A DNA stretch of 62,601 nucleotides, filler included. It is 5 parts of 5 records of this genome, joined end to end, with 100 filler letters (N's around TTAATTAATTAA, not from the genome) between each part and the next. Parts side by side here need not be neighbours in the genome. Positions count along the whole stretch, not along the records: positions 16,433 to 31,033 come from DRR378314_1441; positions 31,134 to 41,466 come from DRR378314_1442; 3 more parts are not named here. One strand, written 5' to 3'. Both the position numbers and the translations under genes were made by a program. Below the pieces are notes generated by a model. It saw only the letters and a program-made list of their open reading frames with translations. It did no database searches and was not told the origin of the DNA. Position 1 is the stretch's first letter. The number at the start of each line of letters is the position of its first letter. Positions 29,513-41,566 of this stretch are shown one piece after another.

Positions 29513-29734
29513 TTACTTCATCTGTTCGAGACAGGTGGACGACACCATATGCGTCGCATCGCCGCCATGCATATCCGTGGCATCGGCAGAAATACATGTG
29601 GAACTGTAAAGAGATACATGCCCACCTTCATGTGTACCATCAAGGCAGGTCGAGCTGACGAGCCCGACATTCTCACCCGTAAAGGCACCGGTTTCGAACA
29701 TAGTTGCTTCAACCGTTTTCTTAAGTGCAGTCAT
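29513..29734 (-). CDS. 73-aa peptide with three SSTC repeats, putative multi-core precursor peptide
   Basis: AGGAG RBS before ATG 29734. Sequence MTALKKTVEATMFETGAFT-GENVGLVSSTCL-DGTHE-GGHVSLYSSTCI-SADATDMHG-GDATHMVSSTCL-EQMK. Confidence 0.85.
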   Translation of the reverse strand: MTALKKTVEATMFETGAFTGENVGLVSSTCLDGTHEGGHVSLYSSTCISADATDMHGGDATHMVSSTCLEQMK

Positions 29735-30095
29735 GACACTTCTCCTGTTTAGAAATTCAATATGTAAAACGTGCCAGTGCAAAAAAATATATCAAGAAAA
29801 TAATATCGGAAGACGTGAATTAAAACGTCAACCTTACATTAATATTGATTAACAATAAATTGAATCCCGGCCTCATTTCGAGTTGCGCACATACAGTCCA
29901 CAGAATTACCCACACCGCTATTTCTGCAAAACCAGAGATACATCACCCAGGGTTGCACAGTGAAAATTGCGTTAACCTTTTCCAGGCAGCGATTCTTGCG
30001 TACCAAAGGGCGCGGCGGAGACGCCTCCGGTTCGCTTGCAGGACGATCAGAATTCAGCGATAGAACAGGCCTCGGAGAGCAACACGGAGACCACC

Positions 30096-30902
30096 ATGAA
30101 GATCGCCAGTTTCAACATCAACGGCATCAAAGCCCGTGTGAATGCGCTCGCCGATTGGCTGGACGAGGCGCAACCCGATGTTGCTGTCCTGCAGGAAATC
30201 AAATCTGTCGACGACGCCTTCCCGCGCGAGATGTTCGAAGAGCGAGGGTACAACCTGGAGACCCACGGCCAAAAGAGCTTCAATGGCGTGGCGATCCTGT
30301 CGAAACTCCCCCTCGAGGATGTACGTCGCGGCCTGCCCGGCGATGACAGCGACGAACAAGCCCGCTGGATCGAGGCCACGGTGGTCGGTAAACAGGCGAT
30401 CCGGATCTGCGGTCTCTACCTGCCCAATGGCAACCCGGTCGAGCTGGAAGAGGACGGAACCCCGGTGGCCGGCGGCAAATACGCCTACAAGCTTGCCTGG
30501 ATGGAGCGACTGAAGGCGCGGGCCGAAGAGCTCATGGCAGAAGATATGCCCGCTCTCATGGCCGGTGACTACAATATCATCCCTCAAGCCGAAGACGCCA
30601 AACGTCCAGAGGCCTGGCAGGAAGATGCGTTACATCGGCCCGAAAGCCGGGCCGCCTTTCAGCGTATCGTAAACCTTGGGTTCACCGAAGCCTTTCGCGC
30701 CCGGACGCGGGGCGCGGGTCACTATACCTTCTGGGATTATCAGGCGGGCGCCTGGAACCGCGACGACGGCATTCGCATCGATCACTTCCTGCTGACGCCA
30801 CAGGCTGCGGACCTGCTGAGGGACTGTCAGATCGACAAGGACATTCGCGGCCGTGAAAAGCCGTCCGACCATGTTCCGATCTGGGTCGAGCTGGACATCT
30901 GA
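30096..30902 (+). CDS. xth: Exodeoxyribonuclease III
   Basis: MKIASFNINGIKAR, LQEIK, NGVAILSK, YLPNGNP, GDYNI, RIDHFL and PSDHVP motifs. Confidence 0.96.
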   Translation: MKIASFNINGIKARVNALADWLDEAQPDVAVLQEIKSVDDAFPREMFEERGYNLETHGQKSFNGVAILSKLPLEDVRRGLPGDDSDEQARWIEATVVGKQAIRICGLYLPNGNPVELEEDGTPVAGGKYAYKLAWMERLKARAEELMAEDMPALMAGDYNIIPQAEDAKRPEAWQEDALHRPESRAAFQRIVNLGFTEAFRARTRGAGHYTFWDYQAGAWNRDDGIRIDHFLLTPQAADLLRDCQIDKDIRGREKPSDHVPIWVELDI

Positions 30903-31033
30903 GCCCTTAGACCATCCGCTCGCCAATGGGCAGGCAACGGGGCCATGCACTCAGAACGGGGCATGCCCTCCCGCCCGGCATCAGCGGCATTCATGATGCC
31001 ACCACGCCCGTTGGGCCGAGCGCCGCGCGCCCC

Positions 31034-31133
31034 NNNNNNNNNNNNNNNNNNNNNNNNNNNNNNNNNNNNNNNNNNNNTTAATTAATTAANNNNNNNNNNN
31101 NNNNNNNNNNNNNNNNNNNNNNNNNNNNNNNNN
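31034..31133. other. Artificial contig linker
   Basis: N44-TTAATTAATTAA-N44. Confidence 0.99.
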
Positions 31134-31662
31134 CAGCATACATATGATATACGCAGCTACATCATCACAGCCGCCGCAAAGAGAGAGAGAAACATAGCAA
31201 CCAGTACAAGTGTTTGGCGCAGGCGAGGCAAAAGGAGAGCTGTGATGCAGACAGTACAAATCCGCTTCGCGTCAAAGAAGCGCCATGTTTGCAATAGGAG
31301 CAAGTAGGAATTCGTGTATGTGTGCGTTCTCTCCCGCGCTCTGGTTCTCTCTGCTTCGGTTTCGGTCTCTCTCGCAGTTACCACCTCCTTTCACTCACTA
31401 AAAACCGCTTTTGTGTATCCGAGAGCTATCTTTGATAATAAAAGCGATCAACTGCGTTCTTGTAAATCACACTTGCAACTGGAACAATTCGCAGCGCTTC
31501 CTCGCGGGGAAGCGCTCGCGGCGAAGGCTCATTCGCACAGCGGGTAAGGAATGCGCTTCGCTCGCGACGACGAAATGCCGCCGACACGTAACCCCTAGCC
31601 CTACAGAGCGCACCACCCCGCGAAACCGACGAGGCGAACGTCGCGACAACGCTCGCGCACGA

Positions 31663-34600
31663 TCAGATCGTGTGCCATACCTCGGTGTAATCGCGCATCA
31701 TTTGCATCGAAAAGATCTCGCGCGCGAGCTTGTTGAACCGCGCCTTGATGTCGTACCCGAGAATATCCGACACGTTGTGGACAATGGTTGGATCGTTTTG
31801 CAGTACAATATGCCATCGACCAAACTCACCGGGAAGAGTCTATTCAATAAAAGAGTAGATATTGATCACGGAAGAAACGCCAATGCAGCCAAAGTGAGAA
31901 CAATGCGCTGCTTCGTCGGCAGCAGAATAGGTTCCCCACGCACAGTAGCGACAAACATCGACGAAACAAGGCGATTACGATGCATGTCTCAACAGAAACA
32001 GACTTTCGCATCGGAAGTTCAGTCAAGCGAGAAGAATCACGCAGCAAAGAACGCTCTTGGCCTATCTGCTGTACGGAAGTGTATCGCCTCGTGGGCGAAC
32101 TTTTCGATCGCAAATACTCTGATTCGACAGCTCGCTGGACGAGTGTCGTCTGACGCTACTCTTCGACACAGTGCAAACGAACATCGATATTGTATCGCGT
32201 CAGTGAAGAATTATCGTATTTATATCGAGCATATAGCGTCCACGGTGTTGTAGCAAGCTTATTCGTCCGCCAAAAATACACGTAGTCCCACTTGTGCGCG
32301 TTGGAATGGAAGAACAGCGGGTAAAGATCCAGATCGTGCTGCGCAATCACGGTTCCCGCAACAGGGCCCTACAGTCCATGGAGCAGTGCACATCGAAACA
32401 GTCACGCAGAAGAAAACGGGTAAACGCGGTGACGGAAAACATGCGCAATCTCTCTATAGCAAAGCCTTGGGCTGCTCGATTCGATCTCTCCCTCTCTCGT
32501 CCTCCCTACCCAGAGCTGTAAACATCAAGCAGTGCTGGTGTTGAGGCCTTTCCTTCCCGACCGTTTCCAACTCCGACCTCAGCCGTACATCTGCAGCTCT
32601 AAAAGTGCAAATCTCAGTGCCTTGTCGCGATCCATGCTTGGCATGGAAGCATCAGGGCACAAGAGACGCGTCCGGACCTCGACCATAGTTCCGGTTGTCT
32701 ACGCTGCGCATCCTTGCCCGTACACATTGTGTTCTCGCGCACTGGAACGTACCTGGTTCGGAGGAGGTTTCGCCCCCACTACACCTGGTGGTGGCATCAT
32801 GTACTGCGGCGCGTTGAGCGTGTGCCACGCGATCTGAAACGTGTCTTTGTCCCCAACTCCGCAACTGTGCAGATACACAGGACGGACGCGGACAGGAGCT
32901 CGAGGGTGAGGTGGGAGAAACGGAAGACCACACTGCTGCGAGCAATACACCGGTATCGGACAACTGATAGAGCGTTTGTTAATAATTACACGGCGCTTTT
33001 ACGAGCAATACGCGCATTGTTCCCGTCTCCCTTCCATCCTCTTATCTGGCGACCGTGGTTGTCCTTGAGGAATGGAAAGCGGCGCATCGCCAACGTGTCG
33101 CGGTTCCGCCGCACTTCCCGCCGCGTTGTGCTGCACTGCGTCATCAGCAAGCGGGCATAGAGCTCTGAAGTCGCGCACCTGTCTTTCCAGTACATTGGAA
33201 AGTAGAATACGTTGTTGTGAAAGTTGAAAAAAGCTGCGAGAGTAAGAGGGCGGAATCCACCGAGTGACTTGCGGACGATGATCATTCCGGACTCTTGCGC
33301 GCGGCCGTGCGAGATCATTCCGCCAATCAGCGACCATATGGACGCCTGTGGACGAAGAAGCCAGTAATCCGGCCAAAATACACCGCTGTAGCTCTGAAGG
33401 CGCGGGTCGTCAAACAAGTATGTCGGGTCTTTGGTAACATAGTTGTCCGAATCGAGAAACATCACTGCACACCATCAAATAGCACCACCAGCAGCGCAAG
33501 AGCGCAGAGCGAACTGTTACTCGCTACTTGCGCTGTGTATCTCGCACAAACGGCTTGGTGAGCGATTGGCTCAGAGCCTGTTATTTCGGCGCAGTACAAC
33601 TTCTATCTGAATATATACGCACAGGAAAACGTTTTCGCTCTCTTGGAACTTCAATGAACAGCTGATACTTTTCTCACAAAACGAAGAACTCATCAACTGG
33701 AAGAGCCTGGATTGTAGGTGGAGAGAAAATGCTGTGCTCTCGCCCGTACTACCTCGAAATGTGACATACGGAGCCATATGCTTCATTCTTACAACAGTAG
33801 GGCGAGAAACCGAATACTGGCAGCTTTCGCAGGGACAGTGACCCTTATTCCCTTCTCCAACCTTCTCTCTCAGCAGCACTTCAGTCGCGTTTACGATGTC
33901 CGAATCTTACCTTCATCAAACTCGGAGAAGAGAAGGGAAAACGGCTTCAGCCCATACATCGACAAAATACTTGATGCAGACTCTTCCTCGCCCGCTTTGC
34001 GCTTACCCGCCGACGGCTTTTATGAATTGCAACGTGCGAGCAAAGCAAGAGCAAACGAGAACAACGCGAAATAAGAGGGCCAGCGACACTTCGCGGCGCG
34101 TTCCGGCCGCGTAGCAAGGCAACACCATCCGCGGAGTCGGAAGCTCCAGCACACTGCAGAGAAGCGACTCCATGGTCCAGTTCTCTTCCACAAACCAGCA
34201 CAAGAATCGAGTAAAGCACGATAGCCATATCGGGAAATAGAAGTGTGACCAAACGCACAACAGATGCTTCGCGAAAGCACCGCTCGGCGAAACGTTATGC
34301 GAGTGAGAGCTACGACTGCTGCGCACAAGGTAACCCTGGCACCAACAACGCACCGACAGCCGCATAATGCGCGTCCGCACGCTGTATTTTTCCAGGAATG
34401 GAAGTAAGCTTTGGCTCGGTTTTTCGTCATCCAATAGCCACAGCTCTACAGGAAGCGTACATCCCGTCATACGGAGCTGCGGGAGAGCGTGTGCGAGGTC
34501 GCGCATGTGAGAAGGCGCCCGCTGCACTCCGTATGGTCTCGGGCGGTAGAGTTGCGCGCTCTGCGGTGCACTTTCCGATAATCATTCATCCAGGACACAG

Positions 34601-36953
34601 CCTATCATTCGAATAGAAGACACATGGGATTATAGAGATGCGCCCAATGAAAAACGCGCGTGAACATGGCGCCGGCCCAGGGAAAGTACGGTCTTACCTG
34701 CACGATCGACAGGAGAGTTGCGGGGAGATATCTCCGCCCGCCACCGAGATACACGATTCCTCTGCGGAGCGTGACAGGAGAACGCGAGAAGACAAACCCC
34801 ATCAACAAACCACCATAAATTCGCTACACAGTAGATTATTACGATAGTAAGTAGATAAAACCATTGAATAGGGCAATAGTGCGGTCCACGTCTTCAAAAC
34901 GACGTGCGCTGGGAGAAACGATGGCTCGAGCAGCGAGAATGGCAGCAGCACTGGGGGCATTCTACGCCTTCGCAAAACGCCGCGTGGACATGATGACGGC
35001 AAATACGCGCCGTTTAGCACCCTTTCACCCTTTATGGTCAAAAGAGTTGCAAAGTGGTATACGTCTGAAAAAGTATTGATTTGCTATTGATGTGGTCCTA
35101 GCCGCACCTGGAGCCCTCTTTATAGAACCGGCTGAGCTTCGCGAACGACTCGGACGGAATGCGCTTCACAAACGCTTGGAGAAGTGCTCCGGCACTCGCG
35201 CTCTCGGACTTGGGCAGTTTGACGTTGAACATATCGACTATGACTTCTCGTAGACGAATGAAATCAAGCACCTGTTCCGTCATGATGAAAAAGGGAAATA
35301 ATGAGAGCTGCGCGAATTCGGGGGTGGGAAGGGTATCGGACTGACAAGCATTTCACAGGCGCGCCCGCTCGGACCGCTCCTGCTTACCTGCTGCGCATCC
35401 TCGTACGTGGGATCGAAATCATCCGGAAGTTCTGCAGATTCGGTACCTAACAGCAAAAAAAAAACAACGCATAGTCCAGAGAGAACTCAGGTTTTGGTAC
35501 ACCGCCGTAACTTTCGTTACCGCCCTTCCTCCGCGCGAGCGCGCCGCGGAAGCAAAGCTGGTACGGCGCAGCAGAGGACTGGGCGGTCGGTCGCGCTCGC
35601 GTCGGCGCTGCTGCCTGCGCCCGCCGCCGCAACACACCTCGCTTGTCGTGTACCTGAAAGTACACTGCGTTTTCGCTGCCGCGGCCGTCCTCGTGCTGCA
35701 TTCGGAATACTTTGTATATATCATCGTAACTTACAGCTACAAAGAAGAAGGAGAAGATGAAACCCAGTTCGAGACACCGATGACAGGATTACTCTTCAAC
35801 GCGTTAGAAGACAGGTACAATGTAGCAGACGCGCAGCAGACGCGAGGAGCACTCGAGTGTTCGTAAAACTCCGCCGTCCATGCAACGGGTTTTCGGCGCA
35901 TTCCACGCGCGTTAGCTTCTTCACATGAGAACCGCCAAGTGCCAATCGCAAATCATCTATAAATTCACGCATCATTGTCTGTGTGCCTTCCATCATCATT
36001 GGGGAGAAGGGCAGCCGGTGCGCCGCTGGTCTGGGAGCGCGCGTCCGGGCGGCAGGTGAGCGGTTTCACGGGCGCGCCAGCGCAGGAGCTGTCCGCAGCA
36101 GCGCTCTTACGCGCTGCACCGCTGCGCGCGCACTAACAGCACGCGAACCACATGTGCAGGGCGCCACCATGCAATTTTAGAGTCCCGGAGAACAATAATA
36201 TATCCAATGTGTTCGAATTATATAGAAATTTACTCTCGCTGAAGAATGCTTTCCTATGCAATGCAAAGTTTGCAGGTCCGCAGCAGCAGCAGCCTGCACG
36301 GCTGCACGGCTCTCGCTGTCCCTGTGACCTGGGCGCGCTAGCCGGGCACGCTCGGGGCACTCCTACGACGGGAAAAAGTATACCAACGAGCGCGCCCATT
36401 CACCGTCGATCAAGATCATAGTATGTTTTGACTTGAATATAGTGCTGGAGATATCGATTGTTGCTGAAATCGCGCGATCTGATAGCTTATGGCAATGGAA
36501 CAGCGCCGCGCAGCTGCACCTATAGGCAAGGCGAGCCATCTGAGACTTGCGCGCCCGAACAGCTGGCGAGCCGCACTTACGAAGCACTGCTGCAGTGCTT
36601 CCTACCAACAACCTGAGCGCTACGACGTCGGAGACCCCTTTTCGGGGCACTAGAAACATCTCTTTTAGAAAATATTGTCCACTTTTCTCGTGGAGAGGCA
36701 GGAGCTCGCGCTGTCCGCGGGATGCGCGCACGTTTGAACACGGTGTCGGGCAGGAGAGCCGGCGCTCGTCCGCGTGCGCAGAAGCACGCAGGGCAGACAC
36801 CTCCGAGTGAAAGCAGTGCCTCACGTGCCCGCTGCACAGAACACACAGGTGCGCCCAGCAAGCTCGCTTACCTCGGCCGTGTAGGACGAAGAGTGCCCCG
36901 TGAAAAACCGCCAGCAAAAGAATCAGCGACGCAAACACTTTTGCCAACTTCAT
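31663..36953 (-). CDS. Multi-exon GT71/MNN2-like alpha-mannosyltransferase (boundaries approximate)
   Basis: Exons in order: RRGIVYLGGG (~34740), LRMTGCTLPVELW (~34450), FLDSDNY..DP..LF..VFWPDYW..QESG (33200-33460), GVGDKDTFQIAW (~32840), IAQHD..PLFFHSN.HKW (~32310). A signal-anchor exon MKLAKVFASLILLLAVFHGALFVL at 36953 is the inferred start; its link to the catalytic exons is unproven. Confidence 0.7.
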
Positions 36954-37955
36954 GCTCCGTGCACGATGTAGCAGCACGAAAGAAGGAACAATCAGACGCA
37001 GCCGCGAGAGCTGCGGTTTGTGCTCACAGGCACCAAGAGCTCGCTCACGCAGAGAAGCAACTGCAGCGCCAGGCACGACAATTTGCCGGTGTTTCTGCAG
37101 AGTTAACGGGCTGCAACCGCGCGGGGGCCGCGCAGAAGGCAGCAGACGATGTCCGCAGAAGTCGTGCGAAACAAGCTCTGCAGTGCGCTTGGGAGAGGAA
37201 GGATGCCCATCGCTGTGCCGCTTCTGTTTGTATGTGCACCTTTTTGCTATGTGATATAAGTGCTCTACTCCCCCTAGCGCCGTGCAGATGCTGCTCCGAG
37301 CCACGTGGACAAGGCGCAATGTGACACGCGAGCTGCCCCGCGCCGCCGCGTCTGGCGCAGGTTGCCGCGTGTGCGCAATGGTCTGCGGATCATGAATGCA
37401 GATTCTAACTTAATACGCCATGAAACCTCGCTGATGCCAAAACTTAAGTTGAGGGTAGCGACCACGAGATTGCGCGCGTGGAGCGGACAAACGCATTCTT
37501 GCACAGGGCTCAAGTATCCGCGAGCACACTCTGCAAGCCGAGAGGCAAGCGCGCCAGCTTCGCGCGTAGTGCCTGCGAGTACCTGCGCCATCATTTCGAA
37601 GAGCTTGCGTCTACCTCCTCCAAAGTGGCCGAGTACAGAAGTATATTTTGTTGCTGGGAAGTAGAGGCTGGAGCGACCAACTTTGTGGAGCGCCTCTTAG
37701 AGAAGAATTGCGCCACTAGAAACGCCGCCGCTCGTCTGATCTCTTCTGAGTCGGAAGACTGCAGGCCCGCCAGGTGGCGGTCAAGGCCTTCCTCCGACGA
37801 CGAACACATCGCATGCCATATTTATTTCATAGGACTCTGGGTGCTTTGCGACGGCTTAGGAGCACACAGTGAAGCCTGCTGTTCCTCCGCCTGCTCACCC
37901 AAAGTAGCCACTCACCAGGTCCAGATTTTGTTGTTGTTGACTGTATCGTTCACTA

Positions 37956-38840
37956 CTAAGAGCTCTTCTGTTTTGCACTTGCTTCAGCGCCAGTGTCCTC
38001 GCTCCACGCTGACACCACGTACGAAGCAATGACGCCGTTCACAGCAACGACGCTGGCAACACCGGCAAAGATGAGTCGCGTATGCATATCCATGGAAGAA
38101 GCAACTGCAGTTTTCAAAAGGCCGAGAGAAGAAGAAGAAGGATTGTAAGCGCAACGAGAAGTTTGAAGACGCTCTGTGCAGCCGCTCGCCCCAAAGCAGC
38201 GCGGAGAAGCAAGCACGCTCCGCGTGCCAAGAGAGAGCACATTTTTTTCTCATCGCAACTGCAGACGAATGCGCACCTTCCAGTCCAAAGTACACGGCGA
38301 AAAAGATCAATACAGGGACCAATACCATTGCGAAACTGTACAAGACCAGCTTCTTTATCACATCCCGGTTTTCTTCATTCCTGCACAAGACGCACGCGAA
38401 AGGCAATTTCGCAACAAAAACCGACAGCGAAGCGATTTCAGCGCGCGCACGAATTTGCACACTTCGGTATCTATCGCACTTCATCTCTCACGATTTCTCT
38501 CCAAACGCCTCAATAAAACACAATATCATGTGCATAATGAGAAAGGTACATCTTCGAGCTCGTGTATCGCGTACGCAGCGCTCGTGCACTAAACACGGAC
38601 CCCGCAGCGCGCACGCGCCAGGGACAGTCCAGCAGCAGGCAGTGCGACGCTTCTGCGTGAGGAAGTGATCGTTCTTGTCGGAGCCCCGCGAAACAGGGCG
38701 CTGCAGAGCCAAAACGAAACGATACGTCGCCCAACACATACAGCGTACCTTACTACCGTTCGTAGAGCAGTGAGCTTTTCGGCAACTGTAGGCCCTTGCG
38801 GGGCCGCGCTGGTGCCCGCGCCCTGGTCGCGCTGGGACAT
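37956..38840 (-). CDS. VMA21: VMA21-like ER V-ATPase assembly factor (3 exons: 38840-38749, 38380-38277, 38104-37956; 114 aa)
   Basis: GT-AG splicing keeps the frame (92+104+149=345 nt). Two TM segments (KKLVLYSFAMVLVPVLIFF, IFAGVASVVAVNGVIASYVVSAWSE) and a C-terminal KQKSS ER-retrieval motif. Confidence 0.82.
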
Positions 38841-39453
38841 CCTCAGAGTGCGATGAGTGAGCAAGTGGCCGAGAGGAAAGCACCGACTCCACGGCGCAGT
38901 GTGTTGAGCGCTCCAGGACTCGCTCACTCGCACACAGTCTCACTTTCATCTCTTCCAATTAGAGAGCGGAAGGGCAAGAAAAACACAACCCTATTGTTCC
39001 CAGTCCGCAGCACCGCAAGCTGCATTGTCAAGGCGCTCTCGATGCAACTTAACGACACATGTTCTCACGTCGCCATCATGTGCGCTATTCACTTGAAAAG
39101 AGAGCTCATGCGAGTTGTTAGGCTCAGGTACCGCAAATATTTCGCCTTCTGCCTTGCCTGGTCCACCCCGCGCGTCCGACGCGAACAGGGGCGGAAGCAA
39201 GCTGCGGTGAGTCTCCGCAGTCTCTCCTGCCTTATTGCGTGGGATGAACTCCGCGAGTACTAGGTTTGCTCGCGCGCAGCCCCTGAACTAGCTCGGCGCA
39301 AAGCGCTGCTGTGCTCCAGCGCACGTGTATTTCGCGAACCTTTCCTACTAGTCGAAAGCGCATCGCCAAGGATCTGTGGATACGCGTTTATACAAACTGC
39401 GCGAACCCAAGGTTCAATTGAGCCCACCATTGCATTGCGCCATTGTGCTCACC

Positions 39454-41466
39454 ATGGGTGGATGCGGGAGCAAAGCGGCGGAGCTGCACCAAGGCGACGG
39501 TCTTGCGCTGCTCCGCAACTACGAGCTGGGCGGCGAGCTGGGACGCGGCGCTTTTGGCTTCGTGCGTGCAGCGACGCACAAAGAAACCGGGGAAGGTTTG
39601 TTCTCCGCTATCTATCGAAAAGCTTCATGTATGGTACCGAGATCAGTGTCGTCTACAGTGCGGATCGCGTCGCCGCTACCGTGCGGCGACGGTGGTCAGT
39701 CCGCTACACGTGCTCTGCAGCAAAGCACCGAGGCCAGAGCGCACCCAGCAGGTGGGCCTCGTTCGTATTGTGCGGAAATGTTGTCCAGCGCCGCGTAAGT
39801 CCTTGCCCGGATGCACTATTCTGTGCTAAACTACTTGCGACTTATGTATCAAGCCGGTGGAAGGGGCGGTCTGACCGGTTTAATTGCGTGCAGCAATCCC
39901 AGGCTGCATTTATGCGCTGCTGCGCTCCTACCGTTCCCGCCGGTGCCGCGAGCGACGACACCAAAGAGGCTCTGCGTTTCAGCCAGCACACGTGCATCCA
40001 CTCCCGCCCAATAATTCGCACTTGAGAAATTATGCACGCATAGCTGTTGTCTAACATGCTACCGTGATCATCTTCTCAGATTGATCAGTTCTGGCCTAAC
40101 ATTTGTTGCGTTTCTTGCACTCCTTCGCGCGGCGCGGCTCATGTAGAAGTGGCTGTTAAGGTCATTGAGCGCGCGCGTGTAAAGAAACGCGCGCAAGGAA
40201 TCGAAATTGCAGCGGAGATCGAGACGCTGCGAAAAGTGACTGATCCGCACATTGGTACGCATTATTTCCTTTCAGCGTTGCTGTCCTTTTTCCCTTTCCG
40301 CTAAAGGAAGGGAAACCACGACAAATTCGACGCTTTCTTCGCACCGCCTATGGAGCTCGGCGCAGTTGCTGAGGGGCTGCTTCCCACGATACTGCGCCTG
40401 TCGCCGCTCCGAGCTGAACACTCTGATTTGTGACACTCCATGCTCGCTTTGCCGAACGCCTTCAGTGAAATTAGTCGACGTGCTCGAAGATAAAAAATTC
40501 ATTGTATTAATCATGGAAAAACTTCGAGGAGAAGATCTTTGGAACTATACAGGTATTGTGTCAAATGCAGCTGGAGCGAAATCGGCCTCCAGCTCTCTGC
40601 CGCGCAAGGCAGAGATGAGCCGATTCGCGCTTGTTTCGTTCTCGTTGGACATTTCTGCCACCACAAGTACAGTGCTTTATATGGTTTTGTAAGTTGTATG
40701 ATGTACCACTGTTGAGAATGGTCACGTTGCTGTTCTTCTGTCCTGCCCAGTGCGCAAGAAAAGTCTTTCGGAGCATGAGGCTCGAGAAGCGATCACTTGC
40801 GTTCTGCGCGCTCTGGAGAGCTTGCACAGCAAGCGCGCGCTCCACCGCGACGTAAAGCCGGAGAATATCATGCTCGCCGTGCCAGACGATACAAAGGTGC
40901 GCGTCGACGAATCTGCGTCAGATGTTGTCGCAGTTTCACTCCGTTGTGGTTCTCCTCCTTCGCACAATCGCATGTGCATCTTCTGCTGCTGTCCTCTCCG
41001 AGTGTCGCGATAAAGCAGCACAAGGTTAAAGCCCCCAACATTACCACTCTCGCTTCTCTTTCTTTCCTTGCTCGCTGCGTGTGATTTTCCAGTCGGCAAA
41101 ACTCATTGACTTTGGACTCAGCACGGCCGAGGAGAATCCTGATGACAGGTTGCGCACGGTGCGTTCCCCGCGGCGCTCGCATGTTCCTGTCGCGACAATC
41201 CTCGCCCAGCTCGTTGCTGTCGCTGCTGTTCTGCGCTGCAGCTCTGATACAACCACGCTTATATACCTGCACTTATGCTTACGTTCGCTGCTTGCTTGTG
41301 CGATACGGGTAGACGGGGACTCCGGGATATATTGCTCCGGAGGTGCTGCAGCAACAGGGACAAACAAGTAAAGCAGACGTCTTCTCCGCGGGCGTTGTGC
41401 TCTTCATCCTTCTCACCGGCGAGCATCCGTTTTCCGCGCGCGAGTACGTTGCGCACGCAGCGCTTA
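39454..41466 (+). CDS. Multi-exon Ser/Thr protein kinase, CAMK group (3' truncated)
   Basis: Exons carry [59 protein letters not shown] and [15 protein letters not shown]. Start context ACCATGG, N-terminus MGGCGSK. Confidence 0.92.
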
Positions 41467-41566
41467 NNNNNNNNNNNNNNNNNNNNNNNNNNNNNNNNNN
41501 NNNNNNNNNNTTAATTAATTAANNNNNNNNNNNNNNNNNNNNNNNNNNNNNNNNNNNNNNNNNNNN
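41467..41566. other. Artificial contig linker
   Basis: N44-TTAATTAATTAA-N44. Confidence 0.99.

Larger units (their letters stand above)
31134..41466. other. Eukaryotic contig (spliced genes)
   Basis: No long ORFs. Protein motifs are split over short exons bounded by GT..AG (donors GTGCGC, GTACGC, GTAAGC), and the gene families are eukaryotic. Confidence 0.93.

Noticed and set aside
29839-29853. TTAA-N6-TTAAC as a CtrA box upstream of the peptide gene
   Set aside because: Spacing is 6 rather than 7, and the region is AT-rich, so a chance match is likely.
37274-37900. Possible extra eukaryotic gene between the GT71-like gene and VMA21
   Set aside because: Several open frames but no consistent exon chain or motif could be built.
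9484-41566. Four identical TTAATTAATTAA motifs inside N runs, as a biological repeat or CRISPR-like array
   Set aside because: They are fixed 100-bp assembly linkers. Genes on either side are not neighbours.
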